From assembly GCF_013122565.1 (NCBI RefSeq), contig NZ_CP053258.1: 64,000 nucleotides of DNA, one strand, 5' to 3'. Origin of the DNA: Escherichia coli. GTDB taxonomy: Bacteria; Pseudomonadota; Gammaproteobacteria; Enterobacterales; Enterobacteriaceae. Below are positions 47,678 through 59,399 of the stretch, in pieces. Below the pieces are notes generated by a model that did no database searches, had not been told where the DNA came from, and saw nothing but the letters and a program-made list of their open reading frames with translations. A program made the translations under genes and the position numbers. How positions within the stretch are numbered: position 1 is the first letter of the stretch; the number at the start of each line of letters is the position of its first letter.

Positions 47678-48967
47678 ATGACGCGCCGTGCTATCGGGGT
47701 GAGTGAAAGACCGCCACTTTTACAGACAATCCCGCTTAGTTTGCAACATTTGTTCGCCATGTTTGGTGCAACCGTCCTGGTGCCCGTCTTATTTCATATT
47801 AACCCGGCGACTGTACTGTTATTTAACGGTATTGGAACGCTGCTGTATCTCTTCATCTGTAAAGGGAAAATTCCGGCTTATCTTGGTTCCAGCTTTGCCT
47901 TTATTTCACCGGTATTGTTACTGTTGCCGTTAGGGTATGAAGTCGCGCTGGGCGGCTTTATTATGTGCGGCGTGCTGTTCTGCCTGGTTTCTTTTATCGT
48001 GAAGAAAGCGGGGACCGGCTGGCTGGACGTGCTGTTTCCACCTGCGGCAATGGGCGCAATCGTTGCCGTCATCGGTCTGGAGCTGGCGGGCGTAGCTGCC
48101 GGTATGGCGGGTTTACTCCCGGCTGAAGGGCAAACGCCAGACTCCAAAACCATCATCATCTCTATTACCACCCTGGCGGTCACGGTTTTAGGTTCCGTGC
48201 TGTTTCGTGGTTTCCTGGCAATTATCCCGATTTTAATTGGCGTGCTGGTGGGGTACGCGCTCTCTTTCGCAATGGGAATTGTCGATACCACGCCGATTAT
48301 TAATGCTCACTGGTTTGCGCTGCCAACCCTCTATACGCCGCGCTTCGAGTGGTTTGCCATTCTGACTATTCTGCCAGCGGCGTTAGTGGTTATTGCCGAA
48401 CACGTAGGGCACCTGGTAGTAACGGCTAATATCGTCAAAAAAGATCTGCTGCGCGATCCAGGTCTGCACCGTTCGATGTTTGCTAACGGCCTGTCGACCG
48501 TGATCTCCGGCTTCTTTGGCTCTACGCCAAATACCACTTACGGAGAAAACATTGGCGTGATGGCGATCACCCGTGTTTACAGTACCTGGGTTATCGGCGG
48601 GGCGGCGATTTTCGCTATCCTGCTTTCCTGCGTCGGTAAACTGGCTGCTGCTATCCAGATGATCCCATTGCCGGTGATGGGTGGTGTTTCGCTGCTGCTT
48701 TACGGTGTCATCGGTGCTTCTGGTATTCGTGTGTTGATCGAATCGAAAGTGGATTACAACAAAGCACAGAACCTGATCCTGACTTCCGTGATTTTGATCA
48801 TCGGCGTCAGTGGCGCGAAGGTAAACATCGGCGCGGCGGAGTTGAAAGGTATGGCGCTGGCGACCATCGTCGGTATCGGCTTAAGTTTGATCTTCAAACT
48901 GATCAGTGTGCTGCGCCCTGAAGAAGTGGTGCTGGACGCAGAAGACGCGGATATAACAGACAAATAA
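47678..48967 (+). CDS. uraA: Uracil:proton symporter
   Basis: 429 aa from ATG at 47678 with AGAGGA SD. Confidence 0.95.
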   Translation: MTRRAIGVSERPPLLQTIPLSLQHLFAMFGATVLVPVLFHINPATVLLFNGIGTLLYLFICKGKIPAYLGSSFAFISPVLLLLPLGYEVALGGFIMCGVLFCLVSFIVKKAGTGWLDVLFPPAAMGAIVAVIGLELAGVAAGMAGLLPAEGQTPDSKTIIISITTLAVTVLGSVLFRGFLAIIPILIGVLVGYALSFAMGIVDTTPIINAHWFALPTLYTPRFEWFAILTILPAALVVIAEHVGHLVVTANIVKKDLLRDPGLHRSMFANGLSTVISGFFGSTPNTTYGENIGVMAITRVYSTWVIGGAAIFAILLSCVGKLAAAIQMIPLPVMGGVSLLLYGVIGASGIRVLIESKVDYNKAQNLILTSVILIIGVSGAKVNIGAAELKGMALATIVGIGLSLIFKLISVLRPEEVVLDAEDADITDK

Positions 48968-49061
48968 TGTACCGACCGGGCAGTGTTGCTGCCCGGTTCA
49001 AACATCATGGGATTCTGTGGTAAACTTCTCGCGATTTTGTGAAATCCTGGTTGAGGTATCT

Positions 49062-49763
49062 CTGAACACACCGGCACAGCTCTCTTTGCCACTTTATCTT
49101 CCTGACGACGAAACCTTTGCAAGTTTCTGGCCGGGGGATAACTCCTCTTTACTGGCCGCGCTGCAAAACGTGCTGCGTCAGGAACATAGCGGTTACATCT
49201 ATCTCTGGGCACGCGAAGGCGCGGGGCGCAGCCATCTGCTGCACGCGGCTTGCGCGGAATTGTCGCAGCGTGGCGATGCGGTGGGCTATGTCCCGCTGGA
49301 TAAACGCACCTGGTTTGTTCCGGAAGTGCTCGACGGTATGGAGCATTTGTCGCTGGTCTGTATCGACAACATTGAGTGTATTGCAGGCGATGAGTTGTGG
49401 GAGATGGCGATTTTCGATCTCTACAATCGAATTCTGGAATCGGGCAAAACACGGTTGTTGATCACCGGCGATCGTCCACCGCGGCAGTTGAATCTGGGAT
49501 TACCGGATCTCGCGTCGCGACTCGACTGGGGGCAGATCTACAAATTGCAGCCACTTTCTGATGAAGATAAGTTGCAGGCGCTACAGTTACGCGCGCGTTT
49601 GCGTGGTTTTGAACTGCCGGAAGATGTGGGGCGTTTCTTGCTGAAGCGGCTCGACAGAGAGATGCGCACGCTATTTATGACGCTGGATCAGTTGGATCGT
49701 GCGTCGATTACCGCGCAACGTAAGCTGACCATTCCGTTTGTGAAAGAAATTCTGAAGTTGTAG
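49062..49763 (+). CDS. hda: DnaA-inactivating protein Hda
   Basis: 233 aa if started at CTG 49062 ([16 protein letters not shown]...); track ORF begins at GTG 49017 (248 aa). Confidence 0.85.
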
Positions 49764-49776
49764 ATAAGGTGTTTAT

Positions 49777-49873
49777 TGTCGGATGCGGCGCGAACGCCTT
49801 ATCCGAACTACGCGAAGTTAATCCATAGTATTCGTAGGCCGGATAAGACGTGGCAAGCGTCGCATCCGGCAAT
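49777..49873. repeat. BIME: two inverted REP elements between hda and yfgD
   Basis: gtcggatgcggcgcgaacgccttatccgaactac and gtaggccggataagacgtggcaagcgtcgcatccggc. Confidence 0.7.
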
Positions 49874-49900
49874 GTGCTTCAACTAGCGATGGAGCACATC

Positions 49901-50260
49901 TTAACCTACGATTTCCAGTACCTGCTCCGGTGGACGACCAATCCGCGCTTTGCCATTCGCGACCACAATCGGGCGCTCCATCAGCTTCGGATTATCCACC
50001 ATTGCCTGAATTAGCGCCTCTTCGCTAAGCGAACTGTCAGCCAGGTTCAGTTCTTTATAAAGATCCTCTTTCTGGCGCATCAATTCACGGGCGCTATTCA
50101 TCCCCAGCATTTTCAGCAAATCGCTCAGCGTTGCCGCATCGGCGGGTGTCTCAAGGTAGAGCACCACTTCTGGCTCCACGCCGTTTTCTTTCAGCAGGTT
50201 CAGCGTTTCCCGGCTCTTTGAACAGCGTGGGTTATGGTAGATTTTTACCTGTTTGGTCAT
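49901..50260 (-). CDS. yfgD: ArsC-family reductase YfgD
   Basis: 119 aa; N-terminal Cys (YHNPRCSKSR). Confidence 0.85.
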   Translation of the reverse strand: MTKQVKIYHNPRCSKSRETLNLLKENGVEPEVVLYLETPADAATLSDLLKMLGMNSARELMRQKEDLYKELNLADSSLSEEALIQAMVDNPKLMERPIVVANGKARIGRPPEQVLEIVG

Positions 50261-50280
50261 TGTTCTTCCTTTAATGCGAA

Positions 50281-51744
50281 TTACATCTTGGTATAAGGCT
50301 TAAAGCGTTCCTGCAGCTGGCGCAACTGGTCGATGCGAGCATCGTAACGTGCTTGTTGCAGGCTGCCTAATTTCACCTGCGAACTGGCGCTACTCAACAA
50401 GGAAATAGCCTGATCGAGTCGCCCGGCGAGCGCATAACCTTCTGCTCGCGCAGCCAGTTCCTGATCGCGGTTATTTAGCGCGGCTTCCGCCTGTGCCAGT
50501 AAATCCCAGCCGTTGCTGTCATCTTTATTGTTAAAAGTGTAGCGATTGAGAATATTGGCCGCTTCTTGTGGTTGACCGCCTTGTAGATAAGCGTTCGCCA
50601 GGTTGAGCTGCAACACAGGATTGGTGCGCAAATCACGGGCATTTTTCAGGCGATTGATTGCCTCATTGGCTTTGTTTTGCCCAAGATCGATATCGGTAGC
50701 CAGATCGAGATACCATGCGTTGCCAGGTTCTGCCGCCAGTAACGGTTGCAGCGTTTTACGCGCCTCGTCGTATTTATTGGCTTCCATCGCCTGTAAAGCA
50801 CGACCATATTGCGCCGCTCGTTGCTGACGAACGTTTCCTTTCGCCCATTCATCCAGCAAATCACTGGTGAGCTGGTTACGTCCGGAATTATACATCCCCA
50901 GTGTGCGCGCTTTCGCCAGATAGAAATCTTCCGACGACTGCACCACCATCGGGCGCATCTGATTAGCACGGTTGCGGGCATCTGCCAGACGACTTTCCGG
51001 CAAAGGGTGAGTCAATAAAATTTCCGGCGGGCGCGAGGAGTAACGCGCCTGATCGAGTAATTTTTCGAGGAAGGTTGGCATCGCCTGCGGATCGAATCCT
51101 GAGCGTTGCAGCACCTGAATACCAATGCGGTCCGCTTCCTGTTCATTTTGCTGGGTGAAACTGATCATCCCCTGGCGCGTTCCCGCCAGTGTACCGGTCA
51201 GCGCCGCCATCCCTGCCTGCGGACTGGCCATCGCCAGTAAAATAGAACCTAACGCGCCGACCCAGGTCAGCGGCGCGCTGCGCTGCTGATCTTCCATCGC
51301 TCGCGCCAGGTGACGTTGGGTGACGTGGGAGATTTCGTGCGCCATAACTGAAGCCAGTTGACTTTCGTTATCGGAATAACGGAACAGGGCAGAGTGCAGC
51401 ACCACGTTGCCGCCAAAGAAAGCAAAGGCGTTAATTTCGTCGTTGTTGATCAGAAAGAAATGAAACGGTGTCTTAACCGAATTGGCATGCGAAACCAGAC
51501 GCATCCCCAGCGAATTAATATATTGCGTTAACAGCGGGTCATTAATTAACGGCGCGCTGCCGCGTAGCTGGCGGACATAATAGTCGCCCATCTGCATTTC
51601 CTGACCAATGGAAAGCGTGCTTCCTGCGGAGGTTCCCATATCCGGCAAGGTGTCTGCGCTGTCGGCAAACGCCGGGGCTACCTGACCAATGGTCATAGCA
51701 GCAATGAGGGTTGCAACCAGGTTTTTTTTCAACTGCCTGAACAT
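50281..51744 (-). CDS. bepA: Periplasmic M48 metalloprotease/chaperone BepA (TPR)
   Basis: 487 aa; signal peptide; [10 protein letters not shown] zinc motif. Confidence 0.93.
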
Positions 51745-51956
51745 AACCTCTATCCTGTATTTCTGGAGATAGTCATTTGACCGATACTGTGAAATATCGT
51801 TCCCACCGCGCCGCCTTTGAGTGTAACGGCGAAGATTAGCCCACTCAAATGACTTTTCAGTTTCCTGAATCCGTCATAAAAAGCGAAGTCTTTTTTGTGA
51901 CATTTCGATACAATTGCGGATCGCAATCCCGCTCTTGAGGTTCAGGGAAGGTCTTT

Positions 51957-53018
51957 ATGCTCGAAATGTTGATGCAATGGTATCGCCGCCGTTTTAGCGA
52001 CCCGGAAGCGATTGCCTTGCTGGTTATTTTAGTTGCCGGATTTGGCATTATCTTTTTCTTTAGTGGCCTGCTTGCTCCGTTGCTGGTGGCTATTGTGCTG
52101 GCCTATTTGCTGGAATGGCCAACCGTGCGCCTGCAATCTATTGGCTGCTCCCGCCGCTGGGCGACGTCGATTGTATTGGTGGTTTTCGTCGGTATATTGC
52201 TACTGATGGCGTTCGTGGTACTGCCTATCGCCTGGCAGCAGGGCATCTACTTAATCCGCGATATGCCGGGGATGCTCAATAAGCTTTCTGACTTTGCCGC
52301 CACGTTGCCGCGCCGCTATCCGGCGTTAATGGATGCGGGCATTATTGATGCAATGGCCGAAAATATGCGCAGTCGGATGCTGACCATGGGCGATTCGGTG
52401 GTGAAAATTTCCCTCGCCTCGCTGGTCGGTTTGCTGACCATAGCCGTCTATCTGGTGCTGGTGCCATTGATGGTCTTCTTCCTGCTGAAAGACAAAGAGC
52501 AGATGCTGAACGCCGTTCGTCGGGTGCTGCCGCGTAACCGCGGACTGGCAGGACAGGTGTGGAAGGAGATGAATCAACAAATCACCAACTATATTCGCGG
52601 CAAAGTGCTGGAGATGATCGTGGTGGGGATCGCCACCTGGCTGGGGTTCTTACTCTTCGGGCTGAACTATTCGCTGCTGCTGGCGGTGCTGGTCGGCTTC
52701 TCGGTACTTATTCCGTACATTGGCGCATTTGTGGTAACCATTCCGGTGGTTGGCGTGGCGCTATTCCAGTTTGGTGCAGGCACGGAATTCTGGAGCTGCT
52801 TCGCGGTGTATCTGATTATTCAGGCGCTGGACGGCAACCTGTTAGTACCGGTGTTGTTCTCCGAAGCGGTTAACCTGCATCCGCTGGTGATTATTTTATC
52901 GGTGGTGATCTTCGGTGGTTTGTGGGGATTCTGGGGCGTATTCTTCGCCATTCCGTTGGCAACGCTGATCAAAGCCGTGATTCACGCCTGGCCTGATGGG
53001 CAAATAGCGCAAGAATAA
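51957..53018 (+). CDS. perM: AI-2E-family permease PerM
   Basis: 353 aa; multi-TM. Confidence 0.9.
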   Translation: MLEMLMQWYRRRFSDPEAIALLVILVAGFGIIFFFSGLLAPLLVAIVLAYLLEWPTVRLQSIGCSRRWATSIVLVVFVGILLLMAFVVLPIAWQQGIYLIRDMPGMLNKLSDFAATLPRRYPALMDAGIIDAMAENMRSRMLTMGDSVVKISLASLVGLLTIAVYLVLVPLMVFFLLKDKEQMLNAVRRVLPRNRGLAGQVWKEMNQQITNYIRGKVLEMIVVGIATWLGFLLFGLNYSLLLAVLVGFSVLIPYIGAFVVTIPVVGVALFQFGAGTEFWSCFAVYLIIQALDGNLLVPVLFSEAVNLHPLVIILSVVIFGGLWGFWGVFFAIPLATLIKAVIHAWPDGQIAQE

Positions 53019-53022
53019 TCTT

Positions 53023-53057
53023 CAGCCCGACGAACTGTTTCGCCGGGCTGATTTTTT
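53023..53057 (+). terminator. Intrinsic terminator after perM, overlapping focB stop
   Basis: cagcccgacgaactgtttcgccgggctg followed by ATTTTTT. Confidence 0.6.
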
Positions 53058-53904
53058 AGGGTTCCTGACGTAAATAAATAGCCCGATAACAAATACTCAC
53101 CAGCACTGCACCGCCGATAATATTACCCAGCATCACCGGGAGCAGATTGGCGGTAATAAAATGGCTGACCGTCAGTGCCGGAAAATTGTCTGCGCTACTG
53201 TGCGCCAGTTGCCAGAAGGGGGGAGGGGCGAAATGGCGAATGGCAATGGCGAACGGAATCACAAACAAATTGGCGATACAGTGCTCAAAGCCACTGGCGA
53301 CAAACAGGGTGATGGGCAAAATCATGGCGACGATTTTGTCGCATAACGAACGCCCGCAATAACTCATCCACAGCGCCAGGCAAACCATCAGATTGCACAT
53401 AATGCCGAGGCTGACAGATTCAGTAAATGTATGATGCATTTTGCCCTCGGCGCAGTGTAAAACCGCGACTCCCCACATCGCGTTTTCACTCATCACCAGC
53501 CCGGAAAACCAGATTAACAAACTGAAACAGGCAATACCTGCCAGATTACCGCAGGCCACCAGAAGTGCGTTAATCAGCCATGTTCGCCAACTAATAACGC
53601 CCCGACTTTTTGCCATCACCGTCATTACCGACGAGGTGAACAGGCTGGTGCCGCAAACCGCCAGCAAAATAAAGCCGAGTGTAAAGCAAAGGCCGCCCAC
53701 CAGATGGGTTAATGCCTGTGAAGACGGGGCATCGGCGATAACGGAAAGGTAAAAAGTAAATCCGATCGCCATAAACACGCCAGCGGACATCGCCATTAAA
53801 AAGACCGACACTTTACTGCGGGCAATTTTATGGGCGGCAATCCGTTCAGCGATTGCCGCTTTTCTGGCGCTCAACTGCAAGTCGAAAGAGAGTTTGTTTC
53901 TCAT
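53056..53904 (-). CDS. focB: Formate channel FocB (FNT family)
   Basis: 282 aa; polytopic membrane protein downstream of the hyf genes. Confidence 0.93.
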   Translation of the reverse strand: MRNKLSFDLQLSARKAAIAERIAAHKIARSKVSVFLMAMSAGVFMAIGFTFYLSVIADAPSSQALTHLVGGLCFTLGFILLAVCGTSLFTSSVMTVMAKSRGVISWRTWLINALLVACGNLAGIACFSLLIWFSGLVMSENAMWGVAVLHCAEGKMHHTFTESVSLGIMCNLMVCLALWMSYCGRSLCDKIVAMILPITLFVASGFEHCIANLFVIPFAIAIRHFAPPPFWQLAHSSADNFPALTVSHFITANLLPVMLGNIIGGAVLVSICYRAIYLRQEP

Positions 53905-53925
53905 GCATACTCCTGCAAAAGCAGA

Positions 53926-55938
53926 TTACAACACCTCGCGAACCGAGATCCCCAGACGCTGCATTCGTGACAGCAGCGTGGTGCGCTTCATCCCTAATCG
54001 TGTCGCCGCGCCACGGGGCCCGGCAACAATGCCATTGGTTTCTCGCAATACCTGAACAATGCGCTGAGGTTCTTCTTCGTCATTCTCTGGCGTCGTCGGG
54101 TGCAGCAACTGCGCCATTGAACTGCGAAGCGCTGAATCTTCATTTAGCGTCGGCAGTAAACGGCTTTGTCGGACATTAAGATGTAAATTCAGACTGTTAC
54201 CGCGAGTCAGCAGTACCGCTCGCTCAATCACGTTTTCCAGCTCGCGCACGTTGCCCGGCCAGTCCCACGACATCAACTGGCGTAGCGCCTCGGTCGGGAT
54301 GGCGTCAATTGCGCGATTCATATGGCGCGCCATTTTTTGCGTGAAATGTTTTGCTAAAAGAGGGATATCTTCCGGACGGTCGCGCAGCGGCGGCAATTCC
54401 AGTGGGAAGACATTCAGGCGATAAAAGAGATCGCTGCGAAACTGGCGATCTTCAACCATTTGCCACAAATCACGGTTGGTGGCGGCAATGACTCTGACAT
54501 TCACCGGGATCGTTCTACTCCCGCCGAGACGCTCAATTTCCCGCTCCTGCAATACGCGCAGCAGTTTAGGCTGAAGTTCTAACGGCAGATCGCCAATTTC
54601 ATCGAGAAACAACGTGCCGCCATCGGCAATTTCAAAACGACCACGATGGGTATTAATCGCACCAGTAAACGCCCCTTTGTCATGACCGAATAACTCACTT
54701 TCCAGAAGACTGGCGGGGATGGCAGCGCAGTTGATTTTGACCAGCGGCTTGTCGCGTCGCGGGCTAAGTTGATGGATCGCTCTGGCGATCACCTCTTTGC
54801 CGGTTCCGGTTTCACCACAAATCAACACCGTACTGTCGCTCTTCGCCACAATATCTACCTGCTGGAGCAGGTCTTCCATTGCCTGGCTTTGATAGATAAT
54901 GTCACCGACGCCCAGATTCGAAAGGAGCTGCTCGCTAAGCTGGTGGTTTTCTTGCTGCAAACTTTCCTGCAAATCGGTCATGCTACGCCAGGCATCGGCA
55001 TTGCCAACGGCAATAGCGATGCGATCGGCTATGTGTTGTAGTAGCTGGCAGTTTTCCTCACTAAAGAGAGTGGAAGAGGTATGCGCCAGCAACAATGCAC
55101 CCGGTGTATGGTTGCCAAAGGTAAGCGGTATAAGGAGCGCAGATTCGCAGCCGTTAGATGCAAGTAAGTGTAATAACGGGTCGCGTTGCCAGAGAAACAG
55201 ATCGTCTGCACGGTGCGTCAAGGTCGGTTGTCGGGTTTGTAGCGTTTGTGTCAGCAATACACTGTCGCCAGGCATATTGCGTGGCAGACACGCACAATGT
55301 GAGGCAGAAAGATCGCTGCACCACAGGCTGAACTTCTCGTTCTTTCGATGATCGCCCAGTACCATACTGACTGAAGCCAGACCGAAAAAATGATGGATCT
55401 CACGAGCGACGTCAGCGATCAGATCGTCGAGATCAAGATGTGACAGCACTGCATTAGTGATATCCACCAGTACCCGATGATGATCGCGATCTTTCTCCAG
55501 CAAACGCAGCGCCACCTGTTGTTCTTCATCATTGAGCCATGATTGCAGAACCGGGGTGATAATGCGTGCCAGCCAGTTAAACAGTGTGCAATCCTGGGGA
55601 GTAAAACGGCTGCCGTGGGTACGTATAAAGCGTAGCTCCGCCATTCCACTACTGCCGAGAAGGACGGCGTGACGCGAATAATCGACCATCTCGCCCTGAT
55701 ACTCTGTTGTTGCCGTCACATCGCTGCCATCATCATGGTAGCGGTAATAGAAGTTGCTTTTGAGAACATGCAGTTCAATAAGTTGTACCGGGCTGAACGG
55801 CGGCGGCAGCGGGATGAAGGCGCGTAATAAAGACGCCTTGCCGTGTTTCTGTGCTAACCGCTCCGCGAGCATTCCGTTTACCGCTTCAATTGTTATTCCT
55901 TGTGGCGGGGCAAACATCGCCTCGTCTGACATAGCCAT
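53926..55938 (-). CDS. hyfR: Sigma54-dependent transcriptional activator HyfR
   Basis: 670 aa from MAMSDEAMF...; GAFTGA motif; C-terminal HTH. Confidence 0.93.
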   Translation of the reverse strand: MAMSDEAMFAPPQGITIEAVNGMLAERLAQKHGKASLLRAFIPLPPPFSPVQLIELHVLKSNFYYRYHDDGSDVTATTEYQGEMVDYSRHAVLLGSSGMAELRFIRTHGSRFTPQDCTLFNWLARIITPVLQSWLNDEEQQVALRLLEKDRDHHRVLVDITNAVLSHLDLDDLIADVAREIHHFFGLASVSMVLGDHRKNEKFSLWCSDLSASHCACLPRNMPGDSVLLTQTLQTRQPTLTHRADDLFLWQRDPLLHLLASNGCESALLIPLTFGNHTPGALLLAHTSSTLFSEENCQLLQHIADRIAIAVGNADAWRSMTDLQESLQQENHQLSEQLLSNLGVGDIIYQSQAMEDLLQQVDIVAKSDSTVLICGETGTGKEVIARAIHQLSPRRDKPLVKINCAAIPASLLESELFGHDKGAFTGAINTHRGRFEIADGGTLFLDEIGDLPLELQPKLLRVLQEREIERLGGSRTIPVNVRVIAATNRDLWQMVEDRQFRSDLFYRLNVFPLELPPLRDRPEDIPLLAKHFTQKMARHMNRAIDAIPTEALRQLMSWDWPGNVRELENVIERAVLLTRGNSLNLHLNVRQSRLLPTLNEDSALRSSMAQLLHPTTPENDEEEPQRIVQVLRETNGIVAGPRGAATRLGMKRTTLLSRMQRLGISVREVL

Positions 55939-55967
55939 CAACAGTCCTTATTAATGAGAAATCCTTC

Positions 55968-56381
55968 TCACGCAATTTTTCTGGCCATCAGATAGATGGC
56001 CGGTTCCTGCACAATTTCATCCAACAGATGAATGAATTGAATGCTACGCGCTTGCCACACAGACGTCGCGTCATCCGCCAGTGGCGCGAATGCCCGGGTC
56101 AACAGGGCGGTGTGGCTGGTGTCAATAACAATCTCACCAAAAGTCATCACCCCCAGCATCTTACGTCGGGCTTGCTCCTCTTCGACCAGTGCAAGCCAAT
56201 CTTCGTATTCCGTCAGTGGGCAGCGGAAGGCGACATTCAGACAATCAATCACGCCAACGTGATGACCGATAGCCAGTGAGTAATACATTACCTGAGAGCT
56301 GTGTTCCGGCATCTCGTCGCTACTGGCGACAAACTTTTTTCGCAGCGTCCAGAAAACAATTTCCCCGCACTCTTCAGTCAT
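55968..56381 (-). CDS. hyfJ: Hydrogenase-4 maturation/assembly protein HyfJ (HycH-like)
   Basis: 137 aa from ATG at 56381 ([10 protein letters not shown]...), overlapping hyfI stop by 8 nt. Confidence 0.85.
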   Translation of the reverse strand: MTEECGEIVFWTLRKKFVASSDEMPEHSSQVMYYSLAIGHHVGVIDCLNVAFRCPLTEYEDWLALVEEEQARRKMLGVMTFGEIVIDTSHTALLTRAFAPLADDATSVWQARSIQFIHLLDEIVQEPAIYLMARKIA

Positions 56382-57132
56382 GTAACCCCCGGAGTACGCG
56401 AAAGAGTTGCTGAACGATACTATTGAGACGCGGATCGTCGGCTTCGCGCAACCAGGTGTTAACCTGATTTCCTGTAGGATCATCGCTTAAATGGCGCAGG
56501 AGCCGATCGCAAATTTCTCGCCCCTGACGATAGCCTGCCAGCCGCCGCGCTTCTCGCTCAACGGCGATACGCTGTGATGGCGGGATCTGCGGCCACAGCG
56601 GTTGCATAGTCACCCCGGTGGGATCGCGATAATCCACCGCGTGAATCTTCTGTTGCAGCAAACCGAGCGCCACGGCGAAACCGTGAATGGTGGCGGCCGG
56701 TGTTGGCGGGCAGCCGGGGATCCAAACATCAATGGGGACAATGGTGTCGCTGCCGCCCCAGACGCTGTAGAGATCGTGGAAAATACCGCCGCCGACACCG
56801 CACGCGCCGTAGGAAACACAGATTTTATGATCGGGGGCAGACTCATACGCCCGAAGTGCAGGCATACGCATCGCCCGGGTGACTGCGCCAGTAAATAACA
56901 AAATATCGGCGTGACGCGGTGATGAAACAACCTTAATGCCAAAACGTTCTGCGTCGAATACTGGTGTGATGGCGGCAAAAATTTCGATTTCACAGGCGTT
57001 GCAGCCGCCGCAATCGACGCGATAAACGTAGGCTGAGCGACGGATATCCTGTAGCAAATGCCGCTTCATCTTTTGCGTTTGCTCGTCTAGCATGATGGGC
57101 TGGCTGACATGTTGTGTAAGCACTGGACTCAT
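56374..57132 (-). CDS. hyfI: Hydrogenase-4 small subunit HyfI
   Basis: 252 aa; NuoB-like Cys motifs. Confidence 0.93.
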   Translation of the reverse strand: MSPVLTQHVSQPIMLDEQTQKMKRHLLQDIRRSAYVYRVDCGGCNACEIEIFAAITPVFDAERFGIKVVSSPRHADILLFTGAVTRAMRMPALRAYESAPDHKICVSYGACGVGGGIFHDLYSVWGGSDTIVPIDVWIPGCPPTPAATIHGFAVALGLLQQKIHAVDYRDPTGVTMQPLWPQIPPSQRIAVEREARRLAGYRQGREICDRLLRHLSDDPTGNQVNTWLREADDPRLNSIVQQLFRVLRGLHD

Positions 57133-57674
57133 AGCTGCTCCTTAGCCACCAGCGGTACATCTGTATCGTCGTTGATCAGCGTCGCGCGTTGTTTGCACTC
57201 CGGGCAGACGCTCGCTTGCGCCCGCAACATTTCGCGGTTTTGTGGCGCATTTTGTTGCTGTGCCAACAATTCAGCAGCCAGTGCGACGGTTTTTTGCGGG
57301 GCAAACGGGCGTTCGCAACGGCTGCAACGTTGTAGATGGAACGTCGCGCGGGTATAGAGATCGGCTTTATTGGTGACGGTCAGTTCAAAGTTATTGGTAA
57401 GCTGAATGGCTCTGGTCGGGCACACTTCTTCACAACGTCCGCAGTAAATACAACGCCCCAGATAGAGCTGCCAGGTGCGCGAATTTTGCTGGTTGTCGGT
57501 CTGGATAGTCAGCGCATTTGCCGGACAAGCACAGGCGCAGGCACCGCAGGCAATACATTGGCTGGGCATCAGGTCCGGTTTCCCGCGAAAGCCTGGGCTG
57601 ACCTCCAGTGGCGCGAAGGGATATTTCACCGTCGCGGTTCCGGCGCGCATAATAGTTTTCAGTAACTTCAGCAT
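57129..57674 (-). CDS. hyfH: Hydrogenase-4 Fe-S subunit HyfH
   Basis: 181 aa; CxxCxxCxxxCP ferredoxin motifs. Confidence 0.93.
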   Translation of the reverse strand: MLKLLKTIMRAGTATVKYPFAPLEVSPGFRGKPDLMPSQCIACGACACACPANALTIQTDNQQNSRTWQLYLGRCIYCGRCEEVCPTRAIQLTNNFELTVTNKADLYTRATFHLQRCSRCERPFAPQKTVALAAELLAQQQNAPQNREMLRAQASVCPECKQRATLINDDTDVPLVAKEQL

Positions 57675-57683
57675 CTTCTGTCC

Positions 57684-59399
57684 TTACTTCAGCGGCGAAC
57701 GGTTACGATCAATGCCGTAGCGTTCGATCTCTTTATACGGCACGGTTTTTGACTGGCGCTTGCGCACATCAACCAGCGTCACACGGTCGGTACAGGAGTA
57801 GCAGGGATCAAGGCTACCGATAATCAGCGGTGCGTCAGAAACGGTATTGCCGCGTAGCATGTAACGCAGCACCGGCCAGTTGGCGTAGGTGGCGGCACGA
57901 CAGCGCCAGCGGAACAATTTTTGGTTATCACCGAGCATGCTCCAGTGCACGTCTTCACCGCGTGGCGCTTCAACAAAGCCGAGCGCGAATGCGTGAGGTT
58001 TATAGCTAAAGCCTTCGGTCAGCAGCGGGGTATCCGGCATGTTGTCGAGGGCAAATTCCAGCATTGCCAGCGAATCAAACGTCTCTTTGACACGGACCAT
58101 CACGCGGGAGAAGACATCGCCGCCGGTAAAGGTAAACAATGTTTTTGGAATATTGCCGTAGTCGGCGTAGGGGTGATCAAAGCGCAAATCACGGGCAAAA
58201 CCACTGCCGCGGATCAGCGGTCCTACGGGGCTATAATCACGGGCGATTTGTCGGTCGAGAATGCCAATGCCCTGAGTGCGTTGTTCCATATTCGGCGTGG
58301 CAAGCAGCATTTCTACCAGCTCGGACACGTCGGCGCGCATCTCGCGCACCAGTTTCAGCGTTTGCAGACGTTGCTCTTTGAGAATATCGCGGCGAACACC
58401 ACCAATCAGATTCAGACCGTAGGTTTTACGCGACCCGGTCAGCAATTCCGCCATCGTCATCGACTTTTCCCGCACGCGGAAAAATTGCATAAAGCCGGTA
58501 TCAAATCCAACAAAATGGCAGGAGAGGCCAAGGTTGAGCAAATGACTGTGCAGACGTTCGACTTCCAGCAGAATCGAGCGAATAGTATGCGCTCGTTGCG
58601 GCACCTCAATACCCAGTGCATTTTCAACCGAGTTGGTATAGGCCACACTGTGGGCAAAACCGCAAATCCCACACACGCGGTCCGATAAGAAGGTCACTTC
58701 GTTGTAGCCCATCCGCGTTTCTGCCAGTTTCTCCATGCCGCGATGGACATAAAACAGGCGGTAATCAGCATCGACAATTTGCTCGCCATCCACAAACAAG
58801 CGGAAGTGACCCGGTTCATCGGAGGTGATATGCAGCGGGCCGACAGGGATCACCCGCGCATCGCTGTTGCCCTCATTGATAAACGGATACGTTTCGGTAT
58901 CAGTCGTCGGTTCAGGGCGCAGTCGATAATCCATCGCATCTTTGCGCAGCGGATGCATATCTTCCGGCCAGTCATCGGGCAACACCAGGCGACGCTGATC
59001 AGGCAGGCCAACCGGAATCAGCCCGTACATATCGCGAATTTCTCGCTCGCCCCAGACCGCGGCAGGGACGCGCGGTGTGACTGACGGAAACTCCCGACTG
59101 TCGGCATCGACCAGTGCCTTCACCACGATCCAGCATTTTTCGGCCCCTTCCATTGAAAGGGCATAATAAACCGCGTAATGACCGTTAAGTGTCCGCTCGT
59201 CGTTGCCAAACAGAACCGGAAGCCAGCCATCATGTTGATAATAAAGATAATGTACAACGTCAGGCAGCAGATTGATTTTCACCGTAATGGTAACCTGTTC
59301 AGGCGTTTGTCGCTCTTCATCCAGCACCGCGCCGGGGAACTGCGTTTTCAGGGCGGCGAGAATCGCTTCGCCACGATTTGACGATGAATTAACGTTCAC
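57684..59399 (-). CDS. hyfG: Hydrogenase-4 [NiFe] large subunit HyfG
   Basis: Start taken at GTG 59399 with GGAG SD ([11 protein letters not shown]..., 571 aa); RVCGIC and DPCYSCTDR Ni-binding motifs; track ORF starts at ATG 59444 inside hyfF. Confidence 0.9.
   Translation of the reverse strand: MNVNSSSNRGEAILAALKTQFPGAVLDEERQTPEQVTITVKINLLPDVVHYLYYQHDGWLPVLFGNDERTLNGHYAVYYALSMEGAEKCWIVVKALVDADSREFPSVTPRVPAAVWGEREIRDMYGLIPVGLPDQRRLVLPDDWPEDMHPLRKDAMDYRLRPEPTTDTETYPFINEGNSDARVIPVGPLHITSDEPGHFRLFVDGEQIVDADYRLFYVHRGMEKLAETRMGYNEVTFLSDRVCGICGFAHSVAYTNSVENALGIEVPQRAHTIRSILLEVERLHSHLLNLGLSCHFVGFDTGFMQFFRVREKSMTMAELLTGSRKTYGLNLIGGVRRDILKEQRLQTLKLVREMRADVSELVEMLLATPNMEQRTQGIGILDRQIARDYSPVGPLIRGSGFARDLRFDHPYADYGNIPKTLFTFTGGDVFSRVMVRVKETFDSLAMLEFALDNMPDTPLLTEGFSYKPHAFALGFVEAPRGEDVHWSMLGDNQKLFRWRCRAATYANWPVLRYMLRGNTVSDAPLIIGSLDPCYSCTDRVTLVDVRKRQSKTVPYKEIERYGIDRNRSPLK

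Noticed and set aside
46855-47760. 301-aa ORF antisense to upp
   Set aside because: Overlaps upp and its promoter on the opposite strand; no independent support.
48754-49452. 232-aa ORF antisense to the uraA 3' end and hda
   Set aside because: Pro/Arg/Ala-rich translation typical of the GC-rich reverse frame; overlaps two well-supported genes.
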